Origin: Paraspadella gotoi | Taxonomy: Eukaryota; Animalia; Chaetognatha | Reading direction: 5' to 3' | Assembly (NCBI GenBank): GCA_051294375.1 | Contig: CM119263.1 | Coordinates: 9,354,432-9,418,431 of the forward strand | DNA: 64,000 nucleotides | Shown: positions 13,451 through 30,937 of the stretch, piece by piece | How the letters are laid out: each line of letters begins with the position of its first letter | Numbering within the stretch: the first letter of the stretch is position 1 | Position numbers and translations under genes: made by a program | The notes under the pieces: model-generated | What the model was told of the DNA's origin: nothing | Database searches by the model: none | The model's input: only the letters and a program-made list of their open reading frames with translations

Positions 13451-14454
13451 TCCTAACTTAAAGTTTTGGTTCTGAGCAACAAGCTTCGTTTTTCGTCGTC
13501 GTCTTTCGTCGTCGTTGACGTTGAAGGTCGTCGCACAACCGCGCGTCGCATTTTTGGTGCGTAGAAGAAAGAGAGAATGAAATAAGAAAAGAAAGTGAGA
13601 AGAATAAAAGAAAGAAATGAAAAAAGTGAAAAAAAGAAAGAAATAAAGAAAGTAAAAAGAAGAAGGAAAAAAGAAAAAAAAAAGAAATAAAGAAAAGAAC
13701 AAGAAAAAAAGAAGAACCAAAGAAAATAAAATTGAAGATAGAACTTAAGAAGAGAGAAAGAAGGAAAGGAGAAACCAAACGAATAAACAAAAAACCCAAG
13801 TAGGAAGAAAGGGGAAAACGATGAAACAAAAAGAGATATAAAAATCTAAAAAATGTAATAAATCATAAAAAAGAAATAAAGAAAGAAAGAAGAAGAAAGA
13901 AAGAAAGAAAGAAAGAAAGAAGAAAGAAAGAAAGAAAAGAAAGAAAGAAAAAGAAAGAGTAAGTACGAAAGAAGCTTGTGCATGCGACAAAGGTCTTAAT
14001 TTTAAATATATAATAATATCTAGTAAAACGTATCCCTGAAATTGACATTGAAGTTAATCCCCCCGATTTCACTCTGCTGACCAATTCGTTGATTGGAAAT
14101 ACGTTTTAAAAAAAGAATCGACTCGGACGACGTGAGACAACGTTGACTGAGAAAGACAGGAAATAGTCGGGAGGAAAACAGTACTAAGAAAAAGGGTTAA
14201 ATTGCACATTATTTTGACCTGCATTTTTGAAAAAGAATAAAATTCTTACGAAAACAGCAACACCCCTCGAACAATGTGCATTGCATGCCGGTCACCCTTC
14301 ATAGAAAAACAACAACAACAACAACTACTACAAGAAAAAAAAGGGATAAATGTTAAAAAAAGAACAAAAGAAAAATTCGAACGGAGACAAATTCAAATTC
14401 AATAAAATTTAAGAAATCTACGGGGGATCCTGCTGCCGTTCTCTCTCTCTATCT

Positions 14455-14638
<184 letters not shown>

Positions 14639-14817
14639 CCGCTGGTTCCCGCTTCGCCGCCAGTCCTTTTCATTCTCTTTTTCGTAAAGCGATTTTTTTC
14701 CTTTTTTAAAAAATTCCAATTTAAAAAAAAAAAAAAAATTCGAAGAAGAAGAAGAAGCAGAAAAAAGAATTTCACGCACGCATATAAGGGGAACAAAGAA
14801 AAGACTGAAGAAGAGAA

Positions 14818-14883
<66 letters not shown>

Positions 14884-15896
14884 AGAGAGAGGAGAGAGAG
14901 AGAGAGGTTTGAGATGAATGGATGGTATATACCACGTGATCAAGTCTATGTAGTCAATGAATAGAATCCTCATGTGATAAATTTATTAAAAAAAAAAGAA
15001 TTATAAGTAGGCGGGAAATAAAAGGAAACCAGTTGAAATTGATGGATTGAGAGTTGTAAGTAAATTTGTTTAGGTAAGTAAATCTCTTCATTTTTCACGA
15101 TGAAAAATATTCGGAAAAGTTCTAAACGATCGCAACTAAAAATGATCCTGCGTGAAGTTGTTAAGTAATAATTAAGAAAGAAAACGAAAAAAATAAAAAA
15201 AGAAGGTGAAAGTGAAAGAGAGAGCGAGCGATAGAAATAGAAACTGACGAAGAAATGAGAAAGAAAAGTAGAAAAAGTTAACTACTAGATAAAGAATGAA
15301 AGAAAAATAAAAAAAAGAGAGAGAGAGAGAGGAAAGAAAAGAGGAAGAGGGAAAGAGAGAAATAGGGAAACGGGAGAGAAAGAAAGAGAGACTGAAAGAA
15401 AGAGATGAGAGAGAAAGAGAGAAGAAGAGGAAAAGAAAGCCAATAGAAAAAACCCTTTTTGTATGTCATGAAAAAGATCTCTTCTCGGTACTTGCTGATG
15501 AGATTAGACGGTAAGAAAAGCGAGTAAAAAAAGTATTTCTCCCGCAGAGATTTTTTATTCCGAGACAAATGAACAAAAAAAAAAAGTAAGAAGAAAAAAG
15601 AAATGATGGAAAAGAAAAGGAAAAGAAAATGTGGAACAAAGAAGAGAAAAGAAAAATAAATTTTTTCAGTAAAATAGAAGAAGAAAAAAATCACCGATGA
15701 ATTTTTCTCTCACGGTGTCACGGATCCTGAGCAAGGAGAGGGGGGGTTGAAAGATCTTCGAAGGGAGGGTCAAATCCCGCGCGGTTTACCTCCCCTCTTC
15801 TCTCGCTCTCTCTTTTACCCCCCCCCTTCTCTCACACTCACCCCCTCTACCAATTCCACCCCCACCATTCCTCCTTCGCCACTCCCGTCTTACCCA

Positions 15897-15921
15897 NNNN
15901 NNNNNNNNNNNNNNNNNNNNN
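15897..15921. other. assembly gap (25 N)
   Basis: N run. Confidence 1.
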
Positions 15922-18266
<2,345 letters not shown>

Positions 18267-18291
18267 NNNNNNNNNNNNNNNNNNNNNNNNN
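18267..18291. other. assembly gap (25 N)
   Basis: N run. Confidence 1.
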
Positions 18292-18889
18292 TCTGAGATT
18301 TAAACGTTTTTTTCTCTTTTATAAGTAAGGGAGAAATATTAAAACAAAGTATTTCTAAACTTAAGAAAAAAAAAAATATATCCGTATACATTCCCGAAAG
18401 AAAAAAGAAACCGAATGGCCGAATCAGATTAAATCGATATTTTTTCAAGAACCGAAATATTTAAAAAAAAAAAAAATTAAAATAAAACAAAACAAACGAG
18501 AATGAAAAAAAAAGTAAGATCGAAACCGAACGGCCTGATTATTAATACTCCTAGGGGGTGAAAATGGGGGGGAGGCGAGGGGGCGTAGGCAAGAATGCAA
18601 TCTCCTCTCGAAAAAAAAAATATTGCGGCCAAAATGGAGGAAAGGGGGTTTTGCGATCGAAGGGGGAAAAAAAAAACCTTTAAAAGGTAGGGGGGGAAGG
18701 ATCGAGGCGAAAATGGCCGATGACCGTATCCGTCACTGCGTTTTTTCTTCGCTTCCCCCCCCCTCATTGCAAGAAGCCCCCTCATTCAATCGCCTCCCCT
18801 CTCTCTTCTCTTCTTCTCTTAGAGGAAACCGTAAAGGAACGAAAATGCCAGTCTTCTCAAAGAATGGCGAAAAGAATGGCAACGGTCGC
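18292..18889 (+). repeat. direct duplicate of 7521-8121
   Basis: Both copies start TCTGAGATTTAAA and end AAGAATGGCAACGGTCGC, then diverge into opposite ends of the 7.8-kb block. Confidence 0.93.
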
Positions 18890-19882
18890 TGGGTAAGACG
18901 GGAGTGGCGAAGGAGGAATGGTGGGGGTGGAATTGGTAGAGGGGGTGAGTGTGAGAGAAGGGGGGGGTAAAAGAGAGACGAGAGAAGAGGGGAGGTAAAC
19001 CGCGCGGGATTTGACCCTCCTTCGAAGATCTTTCCAACCCCCCCTCTCCTTGCTCAGGATCCGTGACACCGTGAGAGAAAAATTCATCGGTGATTTTTTT
19101 CTTCTTCTATTTTACTGAAAAAATTTTATTTTTCTTTTCTCTTCTTTGTTCCACATTTTCTTTCCTTTTCTTTTCCATCATTTCTTTTTTCTTCTTACTT
19201 TTTTTTTTTTGTTCATTTGTCCTCGGGAATAAAAAATCTCTGCGGGAGAAATACTTTTTTTACTCGCTTTTCTTACCGTCTAATCTCATCAGCAAGTACC
19301 GAGAAGAGATCTTTTTCATGACATACAAAAAGGGTTTTTCTTATTGGCTTTCTTTTCCTCTTCTTTCTCTCTTTCTCTCTCAATCTCTTTCTTTCAGTCT
19401 CTCTTTCTTTCTCTTCCCGTTTCCCTATTTCTCTCTTTCCCTCTTCCTCTTTTCTTTCCTCTCTCTCTCTCTCTTTTTTTTATTTTCTTTCATTCTTTAT
19501 CTAGTAGTTAACTTTTTCTACTTTTCTTTCTCATTTTCTTCGTCAGTTTCTATTTCTATCGCTCCGCTCTCTCTTTCACTTTCACCTTCTTTTTTTATTT
19601 TTTTCGTTTTCTTTCTTAATTATTACTTAACAACTTCACGCAGGATCATTTTAGTTGCGATCGTTTAGAACTTTTCCGAATATTTTTCATCGTGAAAAAT
19701 GAAGAGATTTACTTACCTAAACAAATTTACTTACAACTCTCAACCATCAATTTCAACTGGTTTCCTTTTATTTCCCGCCTACTTATAATTCTTTTTTTTT
19801 TTAAATAAATTTATCACATGAGGATTCTATTCATTGACTAATAGACTTGATCACGTGGTATTACCATCCATTCATCTCAAAC

Positions 19883-19972
<90 letters not shown>

Positions 19973-20151
19973 TTCTCTTTCTTCAGTCTTTTCTTTGTTC
20001 CCCTTATTGCGTGCGTGAAATTCTTTTTTCTGCTTCTTCTTCTTCTTCGAATTTTTTTTTTTTTTTTAAATTGGAATTTTTTAAAAAAGGAAAAAAATCG
20101 CTTTTACGAAAAAGAGAATGAAAAGGACTGGCGCGAAGCGGGAACCAGCGG

Positions 20152-20198
<47 letters not shown>

Positions 20199-20211
20199 AG
20201 ATGAGAGAGAG

Positions 20212-20248
<37 letters not shown>

Positions 20249-20266
20249 GAGAGAGAAGAGAGAGAG

Positions 20267-20331
<65 letters not shown>

Positions 20332-20860
20332 AGAGAGATAGAGAGAGAGAACGGCAGCAGGATCCCCCGTAGATTTCTTAAATTTTATTGAATTTGAATT
20401 TGTCTCCGTTCGAATTTTTCTTTTGTTCTTTTTTTAACATTTATTCCCTTTTTTTTCTTGTAGTAGTTGTTGTTGTTGTTGTTTTTTCTATGAAGGGTGA
20501 CCGGCATGCAATGCACATTGTTCGAGGGGTGTTGCTGTTTTCGTAAGAATTTTATTCTTTTTCAAAAATGGAGGTCAAAATAATGTGCAATTTAACCCTT
20601 TTTTCTTAGTACTGTTTTCCTTCCCGACTATTTCCTGTCTTTCTCAGTCAACGTTGTCTCACGTCGTCCGAGTCGAATTCTTTTTTAAACGTATTTCCAA
20701 TCAACGAATTGGTCAGCAGAGTGAAATCGGGGGGGATTAACTTCAATGTCAATTTCAGGGATACGTGTTACTAGATTATTATTATATATTTAAAATTAAG
20801 ACCTTTGTCGCATGCACAAGCTTCTTTCGTACTTACTCTTTCTTTTCTTTCTTTCTTTCT

Positions 20861-20899
<39 letters not shown>

Positions 20900-21352
20900 C
20901 TTCTATTCTTTCTTTCTTTCTTTATTTCTTTTTTTATGATTTATTACATTTTTTAGATTTTTATATCTCTTTTTGTTTCATTCGTTTTCCCCTTTCTTCC
21001 TACTTGGGTTTTTTGTTTATTCGTTTGGTTTCTCCTTTCCTTCTTTCTCTCTTTCTTAAGTTCTATCTTCAATTTTATTTTCTTTGGTTCTTATTTTTTT
21101 CTTGTTCTCTTTCTTATTTCTTTTTTTTTTCTTTTTTCCTTCTTTCTTTTTCACTTTCTTTATTTCTTTCTTTTTTTCACTTTTTTCATTTCTTTCTTTT
21201 ATTCTTCTCACTTTCTTTTCTTTATTTCATTCTCTCTTTCTTCTACGCACCAAAAATCGACGCGCGGTTGTGCGACGACTTCAACGTCAACGACGACGAA
21301 GACGACGACGAAAAACGAAGCTTGTTGCTCAGAACCAAAACTTTAAGTTCAA

Positions 21353-21423
<71 letters not shown>

Positions 21424-21471
21424 CTAGCGTCTGCAAATTATTTTGTCTGGATAGGAAAGAGAAGAGAGAGG

Positions 21472-21539
<68 letters not shown>

Positions 21540-21736
21540 TGCTCGCCGAGAAGGGTGGAGGCGTGGAGGATGATGAAGAGGGGGGGAGATTGAATGAAGA
21601 CGATGACTGAGCGAAACAGATATTTTTTAAAAAAATCTATGATCAAAATAATTCTATAAAAAAAAGAGAAAAATTTATAGAAAAAAAAAAACGCCGGGTC
21701 GGTTGGGCTCGAAAACTAAGTAATAAAATTGTCTGG

Positions 21737-21804
<68 letters not shown>

Positions 21805-22610
21805 AATTTTTCTATGTTTTTTTATCTCTCTCGCGAAAGGATGAGGAAACATCAGAAAATATAACTAAAAAAACATATTCGGTCGAAGAAATTTTTCTGC
21901 AGTAAAAGAAAAAAAAAAGGAAATTTCGACCGACAAAATTGTATCCGTTATTTTTCTCCTTCGAAATTCTTTTTCTTTTTAAAAATAAATATAAACTCAA
22001 AGTTTGAATGTACTTTAATTTTATGTTAAATTTTTTTTTTCTTCCCGACAGTCTTAGCGATTCTCCCGTCAGTATCACGACGTCGACGACGACGACGACG
22101 AAGAAGTCGAGGACCACGCCGTCGTCGTCGGTCTGCGACGACGACGACGACCAAGACGACGACGCCGTTGGACCATCGTGGCTCTGACCAGCGACGAGGA
22201 TGACGACGATCGAACCGGCGTCCGCGTTTTAGTCCCGCGCCCGCCCTTCGTCTCGTCCGGAACGAATTTCCTCTCTCAAACTCAAATCATTATTTTTTTA
22301 AAAAGAAATTCAACGTCGACTCTTTCCAAAAATGACAATAAAACGAAAAATAAATTAATAAAGAGAAAAGAAAAAGCAAATCGAAGCCTCGGAAGTCACC
22401 AATCGTCGCTGAAACATCTCAAAAATAAAGAACAAACAAATTTACTGACATTATCGAACAAACTCAAATCCTTGTTCAATGTTCATGCCAAACGGATCTG
22501 AATCGGGAGAAAATAATTCTTCACGCGATGAAACAAAGTAAGAAGTTATTTGCCAGTCAGTAGTCTAGTAGTTTCATAGTTTTGTAGTCTTTAGTTTCTC
22601 TTTCTGTCTG

Positions 22611-22708
<98 letters not shown>

Positions 22709-24194
22709 TCTCTTCCTCTCTTTCTTTCTTTGGTTTTCTTTTCTTTATGTATAGTAGTTTTAGCCACTCACTAGCCCGCCACTATGCACGAAACCTATTC
22801 CATCCACGGGGCTACCTCTGTACCATTGCCCACCCATTAGAAGATCGGTGTACCCAATCACCCCCGTTCCTCCGGCCGCCCCCTCGCTGGTTTTTTTTTC
22901 TTTTTTTTTCTTTTTAATTTGAGAAGAAGCGGTAAAAAAAAGTTGAGTTTCGCCCCGGGGCTGAATTTTGACTCGAGCCGTAGGGTTGAAAAAACCGAAC
23001 ACAACAAGCATTGTCATCCCTTTTTTTTAAAAAAAAAACGAGGTTTTTATGCTTCAATTTTTTTCCTTCCTTTTTTTTTCTCTCTCCTCTGAGTCCATGG
23101 TTTTTTTTTTTCCAAGGGGTTTCCCATTGACGAGTGCGTCGGTCTCACTTTTAACACAATCAATTTCGGGTCGTTTGTACTCAACTTTTTCGCTCGTGTA
23201 TGGAATATGCTTCTGCCGAGGTGGCATAGTGTGCCAAGTGTGATCTGCCTAGCGTCGTATACTTGGCCAGCTTGGTCTATTCGTTGTCTCTTTCGCAGGT
23301 TGCGGACTCAAAATACACACGTAGAAAATTTGAAATAATAGCAATATATTTTTTTCTCCAATTTTTATTCTAGTTTTGAAAAAAAATTGAAATCTCTCTT
23401 TCTCTTTTTTTCCTGTCAAAATTGTCACTTGGTTTCCGCTAGAAAATTTTTTTTCCCTTATTTTCGTGAATTTGGATTAACCAAAAAAATGTGTGTCAAT
23501 TTGATAAGGATTTTCGTTGTAGGATTTAAATTTTTCCAAGTTTTAAAAGAAAATATTTAAAAAAAAAATCTTTATTCCTGCAAATATTTTTTTAGTCATA
23601 TAGTGTGTACTTGGCAACTTTAATTTATAAATATTGTAAGCCTTCTTTTAAGAAAAACCTTAAATTCACCATGTTTTCTCTCTAATTTTTTCCGAGCCTT
23701 ATTAAATGCTATAGCCCAATAAAGATTTTCCCTAAATGTGTTATGTTGCTTCGTGACTGCCTTAGGATTTTTCCGTTCTTTTCCAAGATCCGAGGTTTTA
23801 AAGATCCTCCCGGTTGTATTCCAGAGTAAAAAATGTAAGATCTTCTACTTGAAGCCATGATTCGTATTTTTGTTGAGAACAAGACAACACGGATTACTAA
23901 ACTGATAATCTGATTTTTTTATGGACATTATGGATTTTTTGAATGTGAATTGTGAAATCCCAGAAAAAAAAATTATGAGCTAGTTTTTAATTATACGGTT
24001 ACTGGTTACAAAGAAGACAACATGAAAGACCCAGGGTGGGAGAGGGAAAGACATTATCGAAGAGAAAAGAGAAACAGAAGAGGAGACAGGGAAGAAAGAA
24101 AGAAAAAGAAGCAGCGGAAAGTGAGAGAGACAGAGAGAATAACCCTCTTGGGAACGTGAGAAAGAAAAAACATAGGAAACGTTAGAGGAAGAGC

Positions 24195-24281
<87 letters not shown>

Positions 24282-25070
24282 GGAGGGCGTCGATGTCAGA
24301 AAAACCGATCTAAAACGCAAACCTAGTCGAAGGCCGAGGTCAAAGGCTGCACATGAGGTGCAAATCCTGGGAAATGCTGTTTGCCCACATTTTGTCCTAA
24401 TTTTAACCAATTTCGCGCGAAATAAAAACTGATTCCTTATTTCATTCGGAAATGGACTTAAAAAACTGGGCACGTCGAAACCAGGTCGAGACTGATAACA
24501 AGAGAGACATCTCTCGAGACCCTGACTAAGACCCAGATTGAAACCCAGACTAAGACCCAGACTGAGACCCAGACTGAGACCCAGACTGGGACTCAGACGT
24601 GCAGTCGGCTCGAGTCTCTTCTCTCTAAAAACCTCATGTCTTGGCTTTCGTCGGCGGATGTCCGGTTCTCGTCTCGCAGCCGCGTCTTCTCCACGCCGCT
24701 GCATCTGCTCCGGCGGCGGCAGACGCCAACGCAGCAGCATCTGTTCCTCCCCTGCATCTCCTCTCGCTCCTCCTCCTCCTCCTCCTCTTCATCTTCTCTG
24801 CTTTTTTACGCGGATGCCGCCGTCTGGAGTGCAACGCGGCGCGTTGGTGCAAAAGAAAAGGAAAAAAAAAGGAGAAAATAAGTAAAAAATGTCTTGGAAA
24901 GGAGGGAGGGGAAGGAGGAGGAAGAGGGGGAGGCACGAGTTGCGTTGCCATGCGAAACACTTAGCAACTGCTGGACACAGAATCGCGAGAAAAAAAAAAA
25001 AGTTCGATAGAGATAGAAAAAAAAGGGGAAAAAAGGGAGAAAAAATTCGCCGGTTTTCTTTGTCTTTGGC

Positions 25071-25132
<62 letters not shown>

Positions 25133-25600
25133 CTGACTGGGAAATCGGTGGGAGGTATGTAGGGAATTTAAAGGGAGCAAGGGAAGGGAGAAGAGGGAAT
25201 GTGAAACAGAGAATGAGAAACGGATGAATTGTCAATGCTCAACTTACCAACTTTTAAACTAATTACATATATGCAATATCCCGAAACAAAAGATTCTGAG
25301 CGAAACAAAAGTGCATTCTAATTACTAGTGGAGTTGGGCAAAGGACGAACTAACCTTTTGGTCGAAAATTCGCGGGTTTTCGCTAAGACCGTCTAGACTT
25401 TGAGTTTCTCTCTTCTGACAAATTTAATGAAAAAAAAAAATCCTTTTCTCTCCAAAAGTTTAAAGTCTGAAGGTGGCAGAGATAAGGACACGTTTTTAGT
25501 TTGAGTTATTCTCTTGGTCTGTCTCTCTCCGTCGTTCTCGTTCTATCTTGCCATTCGGTGCAAAGTAATCTAGTCTCTGGTCAGTACTTTCTCTCTCTCT

Positions 25601-25679
<79 letters not shown>

Positions 25680-26756
25680 GAATAAATCAATTTCCCCTGG
25701 CATTTTCGGATGTTTATCGCGTCGTTTTGGGCGGAATCGCATAATGAAGCCTGAAGGGTGAGAGATGAATGAGAATCGAAAATGGTGAGGTAGATAGGGT
25801 TAGCGACGCGTGGGGTCTTGGGTAAGTAGAGTCTTGGCTAGTTGGGCCCTCGGCTGAGTAAGAGGTTGGGAGATTATAGGTCAGGAAAGGTCAGGACTAG
25901 AAAGCCGGAATAAAAACATTTAAACATTGATACATTGTACAGCAACAGCACTGAAATGTATAACAATTTAGGAAAAGCTGCATAGATTTCGATAGATTAG
26001 AAGACGCGAAAAATTTGGTGAGAAGAAGGCAGGCTTAATGTTCAAGCTGGAAGGGGCGGGTAAGTTCGGATGAGGACGTATCGTTTGGGACGAACCGAAA
26101 AAAAAAATTGAGACGAAACCGAATCCTCGTTTTGATTTTAATTAAATTTCCAGTCATAAAATCCGTGACAGTTGTGCCCGGATGAGCGGACGGGAGCAAT
26201 CACGGCCGCGGCTGTCCTCGTCCGACGCGGACAGCCTAAAAAAAGGATAAAAAAAAGAAATCGGCCGGTGACGTCAATCTCTGCCGGAATCTGTGAAAAA
26301 CGTTTAAAAAGAATTTAAAAATGACAATTTTTTAAAAAGCTATTTATATAATAACCGTATTGGCGTCCAAAACAATAGATTCAGATATTATTCTTCAGTA
26401 CATACGCCTAATTCGACGATAAATCTCATAATATTTCGTATGTAATAGTATTTATTTATTGTCTTTCCTTGCAAATTATTGTATCGACTGCAAGTTTGTC
26501 TTTTTCCTTACGGCGCCGGTGAAAGGCCCTCCTCGATCGGCGCCCTTCTCCTCCACCGGCGCTCCGTTCCCAGTTTCGTGATTCGTCCGAATGATGTACG
26601 AGCGCCGGCGAAGGCGACGACCCAAAACGACCCTCGCATAATGACGGCGCGATATTTCAGAGGCGCGGATCGTAATCTCGCCTCCTTTTGGCAGCCTCTT
26701 TTTCTTCCCCTATTTCTTCCTCTCTTTCTTCCTCTTCTTCTTTTTCTTCCTCTCTC
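18890..26756 (-). repeat. 7.8-kb block, copy 2 (gap-free continuation into unique sequence)
   Basis: Starts TGGGTAAGACGG (reverse complement of the 15896 end) and ends in a CT-rich tract matching 8122-8170. Confidence 0.93.
25786..25880 (-). promoter_or_regulatory. second (inverted, indel-containing) copy of the let-7 complementary site pair
   Basis: Reverse complement of 8985-9075 within the inverted duplicate (+ strand reads TGAGGTAGATAGGGTTAGCG ... CTGAGTAAGAGGTTGGGAGATTATAGG). Confidence 0.5.
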
Positions 26757-27429
26757 TCTTTCTCTCCTTTTATTTCTTTTTCTTCCTCTCTCTCTTTCTC
26801 TCCTTCTTCTTCTCTTTCTTTTTTCTCTTTCTTCCTCTCCATCTCCCTCGTTCGTCTAAACGATCTTTCATCTCATCCTCCAATCTGGCCATCATCTTCG
26901 GTTTACCAACCTCACCAGGGAGTTTATTTATCGTCTTCCCAACTCTCGGCTCTCGGCCATTTTCCTTTCTTAGTTTCTTCCGCTCAAATTCATCAATGGT
27001 TTTTATCATCTTAATTTTAATGTATCTTTTTTTTTCCTTTTTCCTTCTCGTCCTTAATATCTTCTCCACTTTTCTCTCGTCCTCCTCGTTTCTCTTATCT
27101 TCTCAACTCATCTCAATATATATCTCAATATATATCTCAATATATATATATATATATATGAAATTGGTACAACCAATATAAAAATTATCCATTCATTTAT
27201 CATTTATGATTTATAAATAATATATATCTCAATATATATCTCCTCGTTTCTCTTAATGTAATGATATAATATATAATATAATAATAGCATAATATAATAA
27301 TCTTCTCCCCGAGTCTTATCGTCTCAATTCATCTCACAGCCAACGCTTCCTCTACAATCGACTAGGAGAAATTATGTCCCTACATTTCGGAGGAGAGACC
27401 GTAAATCTGCCGATTTGGAAAAGAGGGGA

Positions 27430-27715
27430 TTGGAGAGAGGATAGGGAGGCAGGATAGGGAGGAAGGATAGAGATGAGAGGATAGGGAGGGAGAATAGAGT
27501 TGAGAGGATCAAGAGGGATAGAGAGGGATCGGGAGGGAGGATAAGAAGGAAGGATAAGGAGAGAGGATAGGGAAGGAGGATAGGGAGAGAGGACAGGGAT
27601 GAGATGATAGGGAGGAAGGATAGAGATGAGAGGATAGGGAGAGAGGACAGGGGTGAGATGATAGGGAGAGATAGAGTTGAGGTGATAATGAGGGAGGATA
27701 GGGATGAAAGGACAA
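27430..27715 (+). repeat. purine-rich minisatellite (GAGAGGATAGGGA-like units)
   Basis: Repeated GAGGATAGGGA / GATAGAGATGA motifs. Confidence 0.8.
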
Positions 27716-28184
27716 AGGAGATGAGCGCTTTAAAAATTAGAAATCTTGGTCCAGGTTAGTTGACTAAATGTATTACCAGGGTGTGGTTCCTCCGCTTTAC
27801 TTTTTTCGTCCTTCGTTCATCCACTCATCTTCTTAAACTTGCTCATCTCGACTCTCTCCACAACGATAGATCTTTCTCTCTCGGCCCATAATCACTCTCC
27901 CATCTCTCTTCCCACCTCGAACGCTCATCTCACGACCTCCATCGCCTTTCCTCTCGCGTCCGTGCACCATAATTGCTGGGCAAACACCGGGCTCATAAGT
28001 AAAGACGACGACGACGACGACGACGACGACGACAAGGCCGCTATCGAGGAGGGCTTCGATGACGGGAAAGGTGACGCAAATTGTGTTTATTTGGCCGAGA
28101 AAAGCGTTGGTCGCTGACCGACGTATCCCCGGTTATGCTCATTGCTCAAGGATAGAGAAAAGTGGATGGACACTTTGGGGATGT

Positions 28185-28224
28185 TGATTAATGATTAATG
28201 ATTAATGATTAATGATTAATGATT
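28185..28224 (+). repeat. (TGATTAA)n heptamer tandem repeat
   Basis: About 5.5 perfect units. Confidence 0.9.
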
Positions 28225-29444
28225 GAGACTAACGAAGTGTAAGCGATATTTCGACTCAATCTTATTGTTTTAGCGATAATCGAAACAAGGTTTAGATCTA
28301 AACTTCCTGTATTTCTTTTTTTTTTTCCGATCCCATTTTTGTTTTTTATCTTATGTACGTTCGCATGTCTTTTTTCTTTTAGTCTTTCCCAGCTCCTCTG
28401 GCCTGTTTTTTTTTTTTTTTTATCTTTATCTTCTTTTTTCTACTGTTTTTCCCTCGTTTTTCATCTCAACAAAAAAATAGAAATTTTCTTCCCCTTCCCC
28501 CGGCTCCCCGCTCCATCTTTCTCCTCCCCCCCAATAAAAGAGAGAGCGGGAAGAAGTCAGACGAAAACCAAAAACATGACCGAATCCGATTTGGGAAAAT
28601 CGTCTCTCGGTTTTTAAGATTTCCTTTCCTAAAATCGACGACGATGACAGCGACGAGACGAAAGATGACAACGACAGCGACTAAAATGAAGAAAAGAAAG
28701 ACAATGAAGACAGTTTATCACGTCAATATTGACTGTCAAGACTTCTGAACTATGAGTCCATGACTATGATGAATGCAATGGAGAGAAAACGAAGATATAA
28801 CTGCATTGACTGAAGCTGAGAAGGGATTATCCATAAATCAGGAGACAAAGGTGACAAAAAAGGACAACATCAAGGACGCTGGTCCCGCACCAATGTTCTT
28901 ATTTTATCCTCTCCCTTCGTCTGAAGCCATCATCTACCTTAAACTAAACCAGTAAATATAATATTAAATGATTAAAAAATATTAAAATTAATATTGAAAT
29001 TATTAAAAAATACCAATATATATAATCTTAAAAATAAAGAAGCTGACTCAAATTAAACTTTTAATTATTTTGAAGAAGCGAAAAAACAGAAAGACATTTT
29101 CTTTTACCGAATCGAAAAAATTAACGTTCGTTATATAAATAAATATCATTTGGGGGATGCAAATTTTAAAAAAAGTTAGCGAAAAACACTCGCAAGGAGG
29201 AAAAAGATGGAAAAATGAATGATAGACCAAAGGGTAATGTTAATGGAAAGGAAGAATCGAATGGAGATGAAAACGAGAAAGTCTTTGCTCATCGCGTGTG
29301 GCGATAATTAGTTTTGTCGAGTTTTAAAATGGATCTGGACGGTGAGGAACTGGAAAAAGAGTTTGAAACGGATGATGATAGAAAATTACATTATATTGCT
29401 GAAAATTAATAAACATAACAATGCATAACAATATAAAATACATC

Positions 29445-29494
<50 letters not shown>

Positions 29495-30812
29495 CCTCCT
29501 CCCACGCCTTCGCCATTCACTTCATTATTTATCCGCGCTCCTTCTCCTCCTTCCCTTTTACTTTCCACTTAATTCGCTTCGCCGTCTAAAGACTTTTTCA
29601 TTTTGTTTTCTTCCAACTTCCTCATCCTTTCTTCTTTCCGTTTACCTCTCAATCGTTTTTCTCTTCATCTTAATCTTTCCTCCTCTTATCTCCCCTCTCT
29701 TCTTCCCCTTGCCTCTCTCTCCCTCCTCCTCCTCTTCCTCCTTCCCCCTCCTCGTCATCGATACTCGAAAGGAAATCGTTTTCAGATTCTTGGCCGACGA
29801 ATTACGACTCACTTCCGGCGCCGCTGCCGCCGCCGCCGACCACGCCCACTCGGTCACCAGCTTCACCGCTGCGACCGACTCCCCCCTACCCCCCCCCACG
29901 GCTGGGTCTTTGAAGTGAGCCGCTGGTTTCGATTTGTCATCAAAACGCTTGGGGATCGAGTCGTCGCGAAGACTTAACCTTTCTTAAATAAAAGATGAGC
30001 GACGGATATTGCGTTTCTTGTTTTCCATCTCGAAATACTGCAACGACAACAACAACGACAGGGACCAAACCGACGCCCACAATTGTAAAGGTCGGCGCCC
30101 CGACGGGAAAAAAAATGGCGGCGTCCCGGGATTGGGTGGCACCCGGCGTCTGTTGTTGACGTCGTTGTCGAGGTCGTCGCGCTCGGCGTCGTCGGGGTCG
30201 TCGTTGTCGTCGTTGTCGTCGTTTCGGATGAAAGAGCAGACGTAAAGGTTTTTGAGCGAAATATCAGCGAGTGAAGGCAGACGAATTTTCGTTGGTTACT
30301 TCAGTTTTATTTTTTGTTCAGTTTAGTTAATTTTAACAAACCAGATTAGTTTAGTCACGTAACATGTTTGAACACGTTTGAATGTCTACGTGTGTCTTCG
30401 TGTGAGTGGGTGTGTTTCTGTGTATGAATGATTACTCTAAACTAATTAGCGATTCGGACAATATTAATAATTAATTCTATTTTATAAGCGTTATCGTTCA
30501 GCCTCTTACGGTTACCTCAAATCAAAACTCGTCCGCCTCTCATCCTTCTCCCACCGACTTTCCTCGTCTGCTTCCCTTCTCCATTTTCCCCCCCCCTCTC
30601 TCCCCCCCGCCCCCTCCGGCCAAGAATCGTTTTGACGTTCTTTCTTTTCCTCCTCCTCTTCATCTTCCTCCTCTTCCTCTTTTTTCCTCCTTCTCTTCCT
30701 TCTCTTCCTCCCGTCGCCTCTTTCCTCCTTTTTTCTTCCTTCAACTGCAAAGTCAAGACGCAAGAAAATCTTTTTTTTTTTCCCTCCATCGGCTCTTGGG
30801 TCTGTCTGACTG

Positions 30813-30937
<125 letters not shown>

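Noticed and set aside
14416-14424. ATCTACGGG, complementary to miR-100 nt 3-11, in the duplicated block
   Set aside because: Seed position 2 is mismatched, and a 9-mer match to some part of a 22-mer is expected by chance in this much sequence.
25786-25880. let-7-like sequences on the + strand (TGAGGTAGATAGGGTT..., TGAG(G)TAAGAGGTTGG) as extra let-7-family genes
   Set aside because: No complementary arm upstream or downstream, so no hairpin; better read as target sites on the opposite strand.
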